From positions 45,384,001-45,448,000 of the forward strand of contig NC_043002.1 in assembly GCF_006345805.1 (NCBI RefSeq): a stretch of DNA of 64,000 nt. Direction: 5' to 3'. Origin of the DNA: Octopus sinensis. Lineage: Eukaryota. Position numbers and translations under genes: made by a program. Shown one piece after another: positions 22,449 to 37,254 of this stretch. Under the pieces are notes generated by a model. The model was given only the letters and a program-made list of their open reading frames with translations, was not told the DNA's origin and did no database searches. The stretch's first letter is position 1. Each line of letters begins with the position of its first letter.

Positions 22449-25400
22449 TCTTAGGGGTTAACCGCATTCAAGTGGCAAATATATTTCATGATGTCGTGCA
22501 GCTACTGTTTATACCTTTCTCAGAGATTTATTAAAGGTAGGGTACTTAAACAGAAATATAACAAAAGAGGCTAAGAGTGTTGGACCAACATATTACTCAA
22601 AAGTGCTCAATCAACTACCTTCATGTCACTCACATGTCTGCTGAATCAGCTGAGCTGAGTGTTGCTACTTAGCAGCAACAAGCCAACAATGGAGCCTCTT
22701 CATAATCACTCAACCTGTGAGATATAGCAGTTAAATGTTCCTCACATCACACCTGTATAAAAAAATTGGTTCAATGGATATGCAGAACTTCTAACTCCAA
22801 CCCCAAAAGTACAATGGTCATAGCTGCTCTATCTTAGATGCTTAATGATTTTTAAATCAAATAAGAAAAAACTCTTTTATAACTCATGTAAATTTTAATA
22901 TTCACTGAAAAAAGAATCCTGTTTAAATATTCTTTTATTATTCACTTGTTACCATCATTGGACAATGGTCATGCTGGAGCACCACTTTGACAGGTTTAGA
23001 CAAACAAACTGACTTCAGTACTTTCTTGTTTTTTAAACCTTGTACTTATTCTATTGGTCTATTCTGCCAAGTTGCTAAGTTACATGGACATAAACAAACC
23101 AACACCAATTATGAAGCCATGGAAGAGGACAAACACAGACACAAACACTGACACAAAGACACACATCATCATCATCATCGTCGTCATCGTTTAACATCCA
23201 CTTTCCATGGGTTGGACAGTTTAGCATCGTTTAGCATCCACTTTCCATGGGTTGGACAGTTTGACAAAAGCTGGACAGACAGGAGCCTGCACCGGACTTC
23301 TGTATCTGTTTCGGCATGGTTTTTATAGCTGGATGCCCTTCCTAACACCAACCACCCAGCAGAGTGGACTGAGTGCTTTTTACAAGGCACAAGCACAAGC
23401 AAGGTCAGTTTTGGCAAGGTTTTTACAGCTGGATGCCCTTCCAAACGCTAACCACTTGACAATGTCGACTGGATGCACATACATATATACATGTAGATAC
23501 ATATAATGGGCTGCTTTCAATTTCCATCTACCAAATCCACTCACAAGGCTTTGGTCAGCCCCAAGGCTATTGTAGAAGACACTTGTTCAAGGTACTGTGC
23601 ATTAGAACAACACTTTGCTTCCCACATGGTTGGGAAGCAAGTTTCTTAACCATACACCCATACCTGCACCTAATAATTAATCAACAGCAACAAATAATTT
23701 CTTCAAAATAAACAACAGTGCATTTACATCTATATTTGTACTAAATTCATTAACAAATTCTAGCTAGCTTTTTGTGTGGTATCCATGAAAAAGCATTTTA
23801 CAATTGGCTACAATGCTTGCCACTAAAAACTTGTTTCCCACCTAAGTAAGACACATGAAATGGGCTATGTGACTTCATATATGATACAGTGCAATATCTC
23901 TGTCATGATTTAAACTAATGAAATATAGAATACAAGTTTAAATAATATCAGCAGCATATCATCATCGTTTAACGTTCACTTTCCATGTAAGCATGGGTTA
24001 GACAATTTGACTGAGAGCTGGCAAACTAGATGGCTGCACCAGGCTCTAATCTTGATCTGGCAGAGTTTCTACAGCTGGATGCCCTTCCTAACACCAACCA
24101 CTCCAAGAGTGTAGTGGGTGCTTTTACATGCCACCGGCACGGGGGCCAGTCAGACGGTACTGGTAACGACCTTGCTTGAATCTTTTTACACATGTCACCA
24201 GCACAGGTGCCAGTAAGGCGATGCTGGTAACGATCACGCTCAAATGGTGCCTTTTACATGCCACCGGCATGGAAGCCAGTTAGCTGCTCTGGCAACGATC
24301 ACGCTTGGATGGTGCTCTTAGCACCCTACTATCATGGGGCACAAGTGCCAGTAAGGCAACGCTGGTAACGATCACACTTGAATGGGGCCTTTTATGTGCC
24401 ACTGGCACGGAAGCTGGAATCATCATCATCATCATCATCATCATTTAGCGTTTGCTTTCCCAGCTGGCATAGGGTAAATTGTTTAACTGAAACTGATAAG
24501 CTGGAGAGCTGCACCAAAATCCAATCTGATTTAGCATGATTTCTAAGGTTGGATGCCTTTCCTAATGCCAACCATCCAAGAGTGTAATGGGTGCTTTTTA
24601 CATGCCACCAGCACAGATGCCAGTTATGTAACACCGGCATCGGCCACAACTACGATTTCACTTGGCCTGACGAGTCTTCTTAAACATGGCATATTACCAA
24701 AGGTCTCAATCACTTGTATTTTCAAATTGTTAAAATATATACCTATGCCAGCTACAGTCCAAAGGTGTGTCAAAAGTGGCAGACTGCTCAAAAAAAAAAA
24801 CTTATAGTTGAATATGAAAAACAATAATCTGTTACATATCATAGTAACATAAAAATTAGGGCTATAGAAAGAGAACCAAAATAAGCTGTCACAATGTATG
24901 CTTCATAACTACACAAAAATTAGACATTATCAAATACACATATTTCTTCAATATAACATACACACACAGACAGACACACATAGACATATTGGTACAGACA
25001 TGGCAGTGTGGTTAGAAGTTTGCTTCCCAACCACATAGTTTTGGGTTCAGTCCCACTGCATGGCAACTTGGACAAATGTTTTTTACTGTCACCGCATGCT
25101 GACAAAGGCCATGTGAGAGAATTTGGTAGCTGGAAACTGAAAGAAGCTCCTCATACATGTGTGTGTGTGTGTGCATATTTATATCTCCCTGACATCATGG
25201 GATATTTATAAATGAGTGTCCCAGTCATACAAGCAGAGTCCCTAATTTCCCTGTCTTCCATGAAAATGAGACTGATCTCAGGGAAATATTACTTTGTTTG
25301 TAAACAGGTGAGGGCTGGCAAAAGGATGGACATCCAGCAATAAAAAAAATCTCAACAAATCCCATCTGACCAATGCAAACATGGTAAAGTTAAAAAAAGC

Positions 25401-26295
25401 AACGGCAATTCTCACCAACACACACATGCATTTTAACCCTTTAGCATTTAAACTGGCCATATCTGGCCCAAATAGTCTACTTGTTTTGTTTTCAAACTGT
25501 TATAATCTGGCCTCTCACACCTAAAAATATACAATTGATGGCGGCAGCAGCAGCGGCATCTTTTGACGTCCATTTTCCATGCTGGCATGGGTTGGATGGT
25601 TTGACAGGAGCTGGCTAGCTGAAGAGCTGCCCAGGTTCTCTGTCTGTTTTGACATGGTTTCCATGGCTGGATGCCCTTCTTAATGCCAACCACTTTACAG
25701 TGTACTGGGTTCTTCATAAAAGCACCCACTACATTCTGTAGAGTGGTTGGCATTAGGAAGGGCATCAGCTGTAGAAGCCATGCCAAAACAGACATGGAGC
25801 CTAAATAACCATCATAAAAACTTATGCAATAATGTATGATTAATAAAGTCAATGCTGCAAACAAACTCAAGCATTATAGTATATAGCAAAACAATAGGCA
25901 CAGGTGTGGCTTTGAGGTAAGAAATTTGTTTTCCAACCACATGGTTCTGGGTTCAGCTGATCCCGTGCACATGCATGTGTGTGCATCATCCAGCTTTATA
26001 GAGTGTCAATCACCATGGGAAGACGAAGTATTTTCTAGGCCTGAAGAGAAGAGTCAATTATTGGGATGTATTCCTAGCTACACTAAGGATGTGCTTTCAC
26101 CAAATGAGATCCTCAGTGATTGTAAATTCATAGGAGAAATTATTCATTAAAAGATTTCAGAGGGATTCTTTCTCACAGCCTCTAATGCTTGTCCTGTGTC
26201 AGACAGATGCATAAAATTAACAAAAAAAAACAACAAAAAAAAAAGAAAAAAGAAAAATTCAAACCACTCCTATAATTTAAAAACTGTCTACTTAC

Positions 26296-26472
26296 TCTGC
26301 TGACTAATGACAAAACTTTCAGCTCTTCTTGATATCGATAGACAGAAACACTTTTCAACAAATCTCCAGCCAAAATGATATTTTTTAATGTACTAAGGGT
26401 ATGAATATAAATGTATGTATCAATGAAAGCCACTCCTGAGAGATCATTATCTTTCAATGTCCAAATATAAAG
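26296..26472 (-). CDS. CPSF1: CPSF1 exon (177 nt): LYIWTLKDNDLSGVAFIDTYIYIHTLSTLKNIILAGDLLKSVSVYRYQEELKVLSLVSR
   Basis: Acceptor TTTTCAG, donor GTAAGT; matches LTGMAFIDTQLYIH...RYQEESKTLSLVSR. Confidence 0.97.
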
Positions 26473-27173
26473 CTGAAAAAGTATAAAGTAAGATAGATTA
26501 GATGATTTTAAAACAGGAAACAAATGTGTGGTATTGTTACATATATTAGGAATACTGTGTTAGTCAACCTCTCTGTTCCTGATCACAAATAACTTGTGAC
26601 ATAGGTGACAAACCCTAACAAAATAAAATGTGCAAAGAAAATGCTCGCTCGATAGATTACACCTTTCATACTAAAACTTATTTTATTAGTTTATATACTT
26701 AACTGTAATGGATATTTTAAATTTCAAGCAACTAAAAAGCACTTTTTAACAAATGTTATTAATAACTGGTTCATTTGAGGGAGAGAGGGGAGTTCTTGCA
26801 ATTTTTTTCAAAAATAACACATTAATTTTCTGATTTTTCTCTCTAGTGATTTAGAAGATACTAAGAGAACATATTTCTTATTTTACCAAAGATGTGAACA
26901 GCAGTGAAAGTAATAATGCAAACAAGCAAGTAATTTATTTCCATAGGTATAAACAAACATAGTGAAGGACTCCAAGCTGTAAAAATCCATAAGTTTTCGA
27001 GATTAACACCAGGACCCACAAAAAAATTAGCTTGAGATTATACAAGAAAAGGATTTTTTTTTTAATATAGTTTTTTGAATAAATCTATAAAAAACTATGA
27101 CTGAGGAAACCAATAAATGTGTCAGAAGATATTTAGAATACCACCCTACCAGAAAATGATATGATATTGATAT

Positions 27174-27207
<34 letters not shown>

Positions 27208-28170
27208 TGTGTGTATGATTGTGGCAGGAATAAACCTAGACTAGTACTGATTAGTACTGTTCTACAGACCCATAGTAAACAGGCACTCTGTCAGTTACAA
27301 CGATGAGGATTCCATTTGATCTGATAGACAGAACAGCCTTCTGATGTAATTAACATGCAAGTGGCCAAGACATGACATGGCCCTTTGTAATACAGGTACA
27401 ACTCATTTTTGCCGGCTGAGTGGACTGGAGCAACGTGAAAGAAAATGTCTTGAACAAGGATACAAGGCACCACCAGGAATCAAACTCACAACCTTAAGAT
27501 GGAAGCCAAGGGCCTTCACTTCCCCATAGTTTACAGGAAAATGTTTTGAACACTTAAGGATTTCTTTTCATTTTATTAATAAATAAGCAGAAAAAAACAT
27601 GAAGTACTAGCTGTATAAACCTATGTATGGGATTGTTTTCAACCAAATCAGATCTGATATTTATAAGGAAATTTCAATTAAGCTTCTCTGTTGTATTTGG
27701 ATCCCTTTTTGTTGTATGTATTCAAATTTCATACTGCTCCACCTTTGCTTCAATTTTCTATTTAGTCATGGGCAAACTGCAGCCCATGAAACTTTCTGAA
27801 TGGCATGCCTAACAAAAAAATTACCTCAAATTTTTTTAGTAGCATGTCCTATCTGATAATGAACCATGTTTCATGCAGCCCTCTTCTCAAAAAAAGGTTG
27901 TCCATGCCTGCTCTAATATGTTGTTTACATTATATTTTTCTAAAATATTTCAGAATGCCTGTATTTCTATAGCCTCTGAAATAGCACTTACTGACCATAT
28001 TACTGAAAACTTCATAATAAATTTTGATAAAACTGAAGTATGGAAGAGATGATTATGGGCAAATAGGTTAGAAATTTACTCTAGTCACAAGAAAGAAAAG
28101 GAGAGATTATTTTGCTTTTAAAGCTTATAGAAAGAAATACAACAAATGGATTAAAAGAGCTGAAGATTAC

Positions 28171-28254
28171 CTTCTGACCAATTGCAGATAATAAGAAGCC
28201 TTCAACTTGTGCAAGAGCTGTCACAGGTCCTTTTTGTTCTTTTTCATAGATTAC
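28171..28254 (-). CDS. CPSF1: CPSF1 exon (84 nt): [28 protein letters not shown]
   Basis: Acceptor TTCTTAG, donor GTAATC; matches [12 protein letters not shown]...SAIGQK. Confidence 0.97.
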
Positions 28255-28881
28255 CTAAGAAGAAATAGTAACACAACATTTAAAAAAGAATCCAAGAAAT
28301 AAGATTGTCTTACAATATATCAATATGCCCAACCAAGTAAATGATACTTAATATTTCACATTTACCTTTTGCAACATGTACCATGCAAAAAGATACTGAA
28401 ATCTATTTGAATTCATATGTTTTGCCTTTAGGTTCTCACAAAAACTTCATGTAAGTAGGCAGATGGTTAAATATCTTGATTTTGAAATATATCAACTTAA
28501 AATATGAGTAGACATGCAGCTCCTCAACAGCAAAAAACTTGTTTTGCTCTGAACCATTCTCTCATATTTTTACCCATCTTTTGGCCTTCATCTCTTAACA
28601 TAAAGTTATCTCCTCAGGTTCATAGTCTAGCAAACAGCCTTACTAGTGCTGGTGGCATGAAATAAGCACCAAGCATACACTGTAAAATGGTTGGCGTGGC
28701 GTTAGGAAGGGCATTCAGCCACAGAAAGCATGCTAAGGGAAACACTGGAGCATAATACAGTCCTTGTACCCAGCAGCTCCTGTTAAATCATCCATCCCAT
28801 GCCAGCACAGAACATGGATATTAAATGATGAAGATGATGAAAAGTAGAAAAGAAGTTATCACAGAATCTTTTAAAACTCAC

Positions 28882-28950
28882 CTTGATTTTATTTTTAGTT
28901 AAAGGCTGCCCTGGTTCGGGGACTACCTCAATGATATCAAAAATTATTAT
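28882..28950 (-). CDS. CPSF1: CPSF1 exon (69 nt): [23 protein letters not shown]
   Basis: Acceptor TTTTCAG, donor GTGAGT; near-identical to [19 protein letters not shown]. Confidence 0.97.
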
Positions 28951-28988
28951 CTGAAAATTAGAAGAAAAAGTAATTACTATTAAATTTT

Positions 28989-29079
<91 letters not shown>

Positions 29080-29338
29080 CAATAAAATTGTGTCTAATGA
29101 TGTAATGTAATATGCATATACAGTAAGTGCTCAGGTTGACTTGCTACTAAAACTCTGTCTTGAACTGCAACTAAAACAAAAGTGGTGATGTAGCTGCCTA
29201 GCAAAGAATGGCTATAAGTGGTTCATCATTGAGCAAGCAGATACGTATTTGAGAGAAAGAATGAATAGGCAAAGCATGTATTACATTAGATCATGGTATT
29301 TATAATTTAAACATTCCTTCTTACTAATGTGTGTGTGA

Positions 29339-29384
<46 letters not shown>

Positions 29385-29858
29385 ATGTGCGTGTGTGCAA
29401 GAAGGCCTGTGACTTAGTGGCTAGGATATTTGGCTCATGATTGTAAGGTCATGACTTCAATAACTAGTGGTGCATTGTTTCCTTGAGCAAGGTACTTTAT
29501 TTCTCATTGCTCCCGTCCACTCAGCTAGCAAAAATGAGCTGTACTTATAATTCAAAGGCCAGCGTTGTCACATTTTGTGTCATGCTGAACCTCCCTGGAG
29601 ACTACATGTGTGCCTGCAGAGCGCTTAGCCACTAACATATTAATTTCATGAGTGGACTGTTCGGTTAATCAAAGCAACTGGAACAATTGCCATCGTAATC
29701 AACAGAGAACCAGACTATATATATGTATATATATGATGATGAGGACTAATATATATATATTATATATATATATTTATATAATGATGATAATGATGACGAT
29801 AATGAATCAAAGAAAATATTAAATGTCAACTAAAATTAAATGTTTTACATTTACTTAC

Positions 29859-30000
29859 CCGACCGCGAGATTGTACTTCTTCTCCTAGTGAGAAATTAGT
29901 CCCCATTACACAGTATCCCTTGTAACCAGATAGCGTCCCTTCACTCCTCATAGATACATTCACAAGTGTTGTAACATGTTCCCAATCCAAAAATTCAATC
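29859..30000 (-). CDS. CPSF1: CPSF1 exon (142 nt): IEFLDWEHVTTLVNVSMRSEGTLSGYKGYCVMGTNFSLGEEVQSRGR
   Basis: Acceptor TGTTATAG, donor GTAAGT; matches [25 protein letters not shown]...GEEVTCRGR. Confidence 0.96.
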
Positions 30001-30547
30001 CTATAACAAATACATAATAAAACTTGCAGCAAGAGTCTGGACATTTCACAAAAGAACATCAATACTACAAATAATGAGAAGAACATTTTTTATTAACAGA
30101 CAAGAAGATGTAAGTACACTAAAATAAGAATCTATTACATTTCATAACAAAAGAACAAGCAGTACATTCTCTAGTCCATCTTATAATAATAAATATTACA
30201 ACTCCAATTGTAGTGTTACGAAAATCCCATCCATTTATCATACACAAAGTGTTTTATTCAATAATAGTGAATCTTATTCCATCTCTTTCAAGATTTACAA
30301 AGACATTCAGTTAACAATTTAACCCGGTGCTCCAGCATGAGCATAATCCAATGACTGAAACCAGTAGGAGAATATGATTAATGAACATGTTTCCCTTTCT
30401 AATAAAATCAGAGAGAAGAACAACAAAGATATTTAAGAACAGCTGACATCTGTGACAATGTCTAGGCTATTCCTTTTAATCATGGTTTCCTTTATCTACG
30501 CTACCAGCAATCTTTCTCTTTCTCTCTTCCTCTCAATTTACAGCTAT

Positions 30548-30946
<399 letters not shown>

Positions 30947-32710
30947 TAAATGGGTGTGTATAAGTTATATATGTTATATCAATTTAGATCTATTTCGATT
31001 CTCTCTCTGTCTCTCTCTAATTCAAACACTCAAAAGAATTCAATGTCTTCTTTTCATCATTAAAAGTTGTTCGCAACTTAGTTGTAAGATGTATCTTGTT
31101 TGAGACAACACCCCACTACCACATACACACACACAACTCCTGATGATGAGGAAGATGTAATTTCTTATTGTTATTTATACATGGAAAACCCAACTAGCAA
31201 CAACATTTTAAAATAGAAACAAGTGATCAAATTAGCAAAGTGGTTTCAGAATCAAAAGAACAGTATTAAATAAAAAAAAATCTAAAACTACAAAATAAAA
31301 ACTAAGCATATTAGAATATACAGTAGTAAGCAGAGCACATGGATTATAAAATATAGTTGCTATAATCAAGAAGCACATTTTTCCCTTTCATTTTCCAACA
31401 CTGGTCTGGCTTGGAGAAGTTGATATGACCAGTTAATGTTGTCTGCAGTCATGCCTTCCTCTTGCAGATGCACACATACACACACACACATCTCTCATTT
31501 CATTCAACTTCTACATAAATTTCCTCCTCCACCCACAGAACTTATAAAATAATTTCAATTTTGAAACGTTACTAATCCGATACAAATGCTCAGAATAACT
31601 TTCTAGTATTGCTTACATAGCTAAGATGTGATTCTTAGCACACATTAATGGTAGAGTTTAATGGAAGAGTGTGCCAGCTAAACAAATATCTAGTCAGCAA
31701 TAATACTTTAATTATAACTGCCAAGTTATGTCCTACTTCCATTTCTTATACCACAAATAGTTTGATTTCTGTTCACTGTACACATCTGAATGCATAGCAG
31801 ATTCAAAATCAAATCACTGGACAGCCATGCAGATGTCGTGTTGGGATCACTGTCATTTCACATGAACATCCAGTTAACCAACCAATAAGTGACTAATCAG
31901 CCATCATGTGATTAGACTTCCTGGAACCTTCCAATGAGCCTTATAAAAATGTGGATTTTTGATGGTAACTTCAGAATGTTGAGGCAATTGCTATAACGAC
32001 TCCATTCTCTCTTTCATTCAAGTCACCATTGTCTCTATATTGAAAAAATGTTTTTCACAGAAGACTGGGTATAAACCATCTCACTTGTATGAAGATGATA
32101 TCAAGACAGGGAGACAGAACACACGCATACATATACATATTTACATATACAACAGGTTTCTTTCAGCTTCCATCTACCAAATCCACACACAAAGCTTTCA
32201 TCAGCCAAAGCTGTAGTACAAGACACTTACCCTAGGTGCTATGCGGTGGGATTGAACCCAAAACATGTGGTTGGGAAGCAAACTTCTTACTACACAGCCA
32301 CATCTCACTATTTCAATTAATCGAGAAACTTTTGCATACAATATTCAATACATCACCACTTATTTTATAAAAGCAATTTGTTTATTACATTCTTTGAGCA
32401 GACATTTTTCATCTGCATAAGAAGAAGCATCAAAGATGAAAAAAAAATTATCTACATTATTTGAAAGATCACTTTTGTACAATGGCAGAATGTCTTTTGA
32501 ATTTTTCGAGCCAAGGGGTTTCAACCCAATATTTACAAACTTTATTTAGGCACAGGTGTGGGTGTGTGGTAAGAAGCTTGCTTTCCAAACATATGGTTCC
32601 AGGTTCAATCTCACTGCATGACACCATGAGCAACTGTCTTTTATTATAGACTCAGACTGACCAAAGCCTTGGGAGTGGATCTGGTAGACAGAAACTGAAA
32701 GAAGTCCATC

Positions 32711-32768
<58 letters not shown>

Positions 32769-33140
32769 GAGGCGCAATAGCCCAGTAGTTAGGGCAGCGA
32801 ACTCATGGTTGTAGGATTGCGGTTTCGATTCCCAGACTGGGCGTTGCAAGTGTTTGAGCAAAAACACCTAAATCTTCACGAGGCTCCAGCAGGGGGTGGT
32901 GGCAAACCCTGCTGTACTCTTTCACCACAACTTTCTCTCACTCTTTCTTTCTGTTTCTGCTGTACCTGTATTTCAAAGGGCCAGCCTTGTCACACTCTGT
33001 GTCATGCTGAATCTCCCCAAGAACTACGTTAGGGTGCACGTGTCTGTGGAGTGCTCAGCCACTTGCACGTTAATTTCACAAGCAGGCTGTTCCGTTGATT
33101 GGATCAACTGGAACCCTCGTTGTCGTAACTGACAGAGTGC

Positions 33141-33176
<36 letters not shown>

Positions 33177-34709
33177 TTTTCCAGATGAAAATACTTCTTC
33201 CGTTTAGGGTAGTATTCCCTAGGTTTCCAAGGTTTTTTAATCATACTTTATTTAAAGGATTCCTTTCATTTCCATATGAATTTATATAAATAAAAATCAT
33301 ATGAAGAATCAATTTATTAAACGAAATCCAATTAATGTCATCAAATAAATTGAACAGGTTTTGATGCTAATATGGATAGTTTAATTAAATCTAACCAGAC
33401 AGTTGTTTCTTTCACAAAAGACCATATACTATTGAAAAATTGCTATTTTATCAAAAGTAATAGACATTATTATATTATGTCTGGAACTCATCAGTGGACA
33501 ATAATTAAATATTTCAATATTTAACCCTTTAGTGTTCGCATTATTCTACCAAAATGAATGCTTTTTTATCCACATTGTTTTGAACTAATCATGCATTATC
33601 TTGTAGCTATGAGCTTTTGATGAGGTAGCTGTAAATTTTTAAAACAATATTGTAGGGTTGACATGAGAGACCAGATCTGGCCAGTTTGAACATAAAACAG
33701 GCAGAAAACTTCTGGCTGGATATGGCCGGTTTAAATGCTAAAGGGTTAAAATTAGTACCTTTAGTTTTCTTTTTTGCTATCATATTATACAGATTCTGTT
33801 TTCTAACTAATTTATTCCTCTCACTCACCAAATCAAATTCAAAACTGAAGCTTACAAGATTATCCAGTTCAACATAATATAATGTGTATTACTTTTGTTG
33901 AAATACCTATTCTTCAATTGTATACCTGAAATATGGTCCTTTGCAATAGAAACAGCTGTCTGGTTAAATTATATACATTTATTTTATGACACTTATTGAA
34001 CTCTGTCTAATAAATTGATTCTTCTAATGCATTTTATTTATAAATATATATGTGCATATGTGGAGGCACATGGCCTAGTGGTTAGAGCAGCGGACTCGCG
34101 GTCAAGGGATTGCAGATTCAAATCTCAGACCGGGCGATGTGTGTGTTTATGAGTGAAACACCTAAGCTCCATGCAGCTCTGGCAGAAGGTAATGGCGAAC
34201 TTCTGTTGACCCTTTCGCCACAACTTTCTCTCACTCTTTCCTCCTGCATCTTGCAGCACACCTGCAACAGACCGGCGTCCCGTCCAAGTGAGGAACCTAT
34301 ACACCAAGGAAACTGGGAAACTGGCCCTATGAGCCAGGCGTGGCTCAAGAAGGAACAAACAACAATATGTGTATATATCTGTGTGTGTGTGTGTGTGTTT
34401 GTGTGTGTGTCTTTGTGTTTGTCCCCCATCACTACTTGACAACTGGTTTTGGTGTGTTTACATCCCCCGTAATTTAGCAGTTCAGTAAAAGAGACCAATA
34501 GAATAAGTACTAGGCATAAAATATTAAGTCCTGGGGTTGAATTGTTCAACTAAAATCCTTCAAAGCAGTGCTCCAGTATGGCCACAGTCAAATGACTGAA
34601 ACAAGTAAAAGAATAAAAGGCTAACTTATTTAAGACAGCATGCCAGACAAAACACAGAGGTATTTTGTCCATCTTTACATTCAGAGTTCAAATTCCGCCA
34701 AGGTCGACT

Positions 34710-37254
34710 CATCGCATATACATGAGCACATACGAACACTCATTGCTTATTGGACGATTAGCTATCCAATCATACACGGACGCATACCAGACAGGTACAG
34801 ATGTGTACAACCAGATCCACATTAGTGCGCATTAAAACACACAAACAATTGTGTTCTCGGCAGGTTAACGCGAACGTGGTTTCTACCTGACTTTTGAATT
34901 GAGGATTACTAATGAAACCACAGTTCTTACAGCTTACCCAACATATCATATTATCTCTCCAGGTACATACATTTTTACACAAGTGTTAGTCTAGTTGTAA
35001 TCTGTAGAAATTTTGCTGTCAGTGATATGGAAAAATGACCCCTTAATTCTCCGTCCATCAACTTGAAAAAAAGATTCTGTAGACGATATCACAAATATTA
35101 TATCAAATAATGTTTTGTATCCAGTGTAGAAGATACTTTTTTACCACAATGTATTATCTGCTCAAAAGCATTAACTAATGACTCAATGAAATTGTATCAT
35201 CTACAAAAAATCCATCCTGGTTTATTTGGCAAGCCAAAGGAGTACTTCGAAAAATACCATCACAAAAAAAATGTCTCATCTTCATCGCTCAAAAATTTCC
35301 TCATCCATACTAACAACCATTCTGGTCAGCAGGCATCCTATAACATTTCACTCATGATAGCAAAACAGGGTTGCCCACACACCATTGGCGAAGATTTGAT
35401 TAGGCCCTCCATACTTGAAGCATATAAAGTTGCTAATGTGCCGAACACTGCCTCAGTTTCAGCAAGTATTCCACTTTCAAACAACACTGTATCTTCCCAC
35501 ATTTGTGAAATAGCTGAAGATGTTGAAGCCATAGTTGTAGAAGATTTGCAACACTGCAAATTCTCGTTGACAGTGGATGACAGCACTTTTGACCAACAAA
35601 TGTGCTGTGTTTGCCTTTCTTGCTATGTGAAAGGTACCCACAGTTTGTGAAAACCTACACTTTATGAAAACAGTACTGAAAAACACAGGAGAGATATCTA
35701 CAATGCAGTCATGGATTATCTTACTAAAAATGGTATTGATCCCCTCAACCTCATATCAATATGCACTGACGGAGCACTGTCTATGATTGGTAAATTCCAG
35801 GGTTTTGTTGCCAGATGGATAGAATTTAATCCCATCTTCACAATTCATTGCGTTCTCCATCGAGAAAACCTGATAGCAAAAAGAACCGGAAATAATATAT
35901 TTTCTGAAACCCTAGATTTAATTGCTTCCACAGTAAAAAAAATCAAAAGCTCTGCTCATCAAGACAGGAACTTTCAAGAAGCTTGCAAAGATGAAACATT
36001 CGGCTGTTTGTTGTATTCAACAGATATATGCTGGCTATCAATGGGAAGTTGTCTCGGATGTTTTGTGGCACTTTTTGATAAAGTCATAGAGTTTCTTCAA
36101 CAGACTGATGCAACAATGACAGAATCACTTTCTCAGAAAAAAACCTGTAATTTTTGATTTATATGAAATCTTTCAATAACTTAATGATCTCAATATTTCT
36201 TTACAAAAGCAAAACATCAACATTGTATAAGCCAGACATTTGATAAGGGTATTTGTGAATAAACTTGTTCTTTGGAAACTTCAAATTGAAGATCATAATT
36301 TTCTGCAGTTCGCAAACTTAAAAAACCGTTGCGGTAGATAACGATTTGCACAAATATATAATCAGGCATCTATCTTTCCTTCATGAAAACTTCAATATTC
36401 ATTTTGAAGATCTTTTGGCTTTAAATATCCCAATTTTTGTGAACTCTCTTCACACAATGTCTATGAACGATATACTTGTTCAACTAGAATGCGTTCAGAT
36501 GGAGCTATGTGAGGTGACAGTAGATGATAATCTGCACAAATCGTCTGAAAACAACAGGGTCGAGGTTTGGTTGAATAATTCTCACGAATATCCAAAGCTG
36601 TTTGAACAAGTCGAGCTTTTTATTATAAATCTCCCGACATCCTACTTGGCTGAAAAGGGATTTTCCCTTGTCCTCCACTTGTTCATGAAGCAGGTGAGGC
36701 ATTTAAACCTCAATAACAATGCTGATTTGAGAATTTCCTTGAGCCAAAAAGAGCGAAGGATTCTCAGCTTGTGGATAAAAAGCAAGCCCAAGGCTCTCAC
36801 TGAAGGTTTCTTGATGTTTTTCCCAACAACTTGTTGCTGACATTTTTAAGTTAATTCAATTTGTTATATTCCTTCAAACGTTTACACGACCTTTTGTACT
36901 GTAAATCGTTTTAATTTACTCTTCACATTGTTATATTTTAACTGTCCAGCTTTTTACTGAATAAAAGGGGGTGTTTTCCACGACTCAATAACCTTTTCTA
37001 TTCGATTCTACCAAATAAAGCTTTCTTGAGAATCATGTGCATTTGCAAATTGGTTTTGTTATTGGTGTTCTCAGTTATTTGTTCTCCGTGATATCCCTTA
37101 CAAGAACGAAAAAGGAACTTTCATTGCAAAGTGAAAGTGATACTAATATTTATGAGTAGCAGTTCTTTTATAATAAATTTAAAATTTGGGGTGGTCCACA
37201 GGAAAAAATTACTTATTTTGGTGGCCCACAGAGGAAAAAGGTTGGGAACCCCTG
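34710..37254 (+). mobile_element. Degenerate hAT DNA transposon (Buster/Charlie/ZBED5-like transposase pseudogene); 5' end missing
   Basis: Frameshifted ORFs 35186-35650, 35711-36157 and 36346-36840 contain CIICSKALTNDSMK, TVDDST, CTDGALSMIG, HCVLHRENL, WLSMG and PTSYLAEKGFS. 3' TIR GGTTGGGAACCCCTG (37240-37254) is followed by GATTAGAC. Confidence 0.88.
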
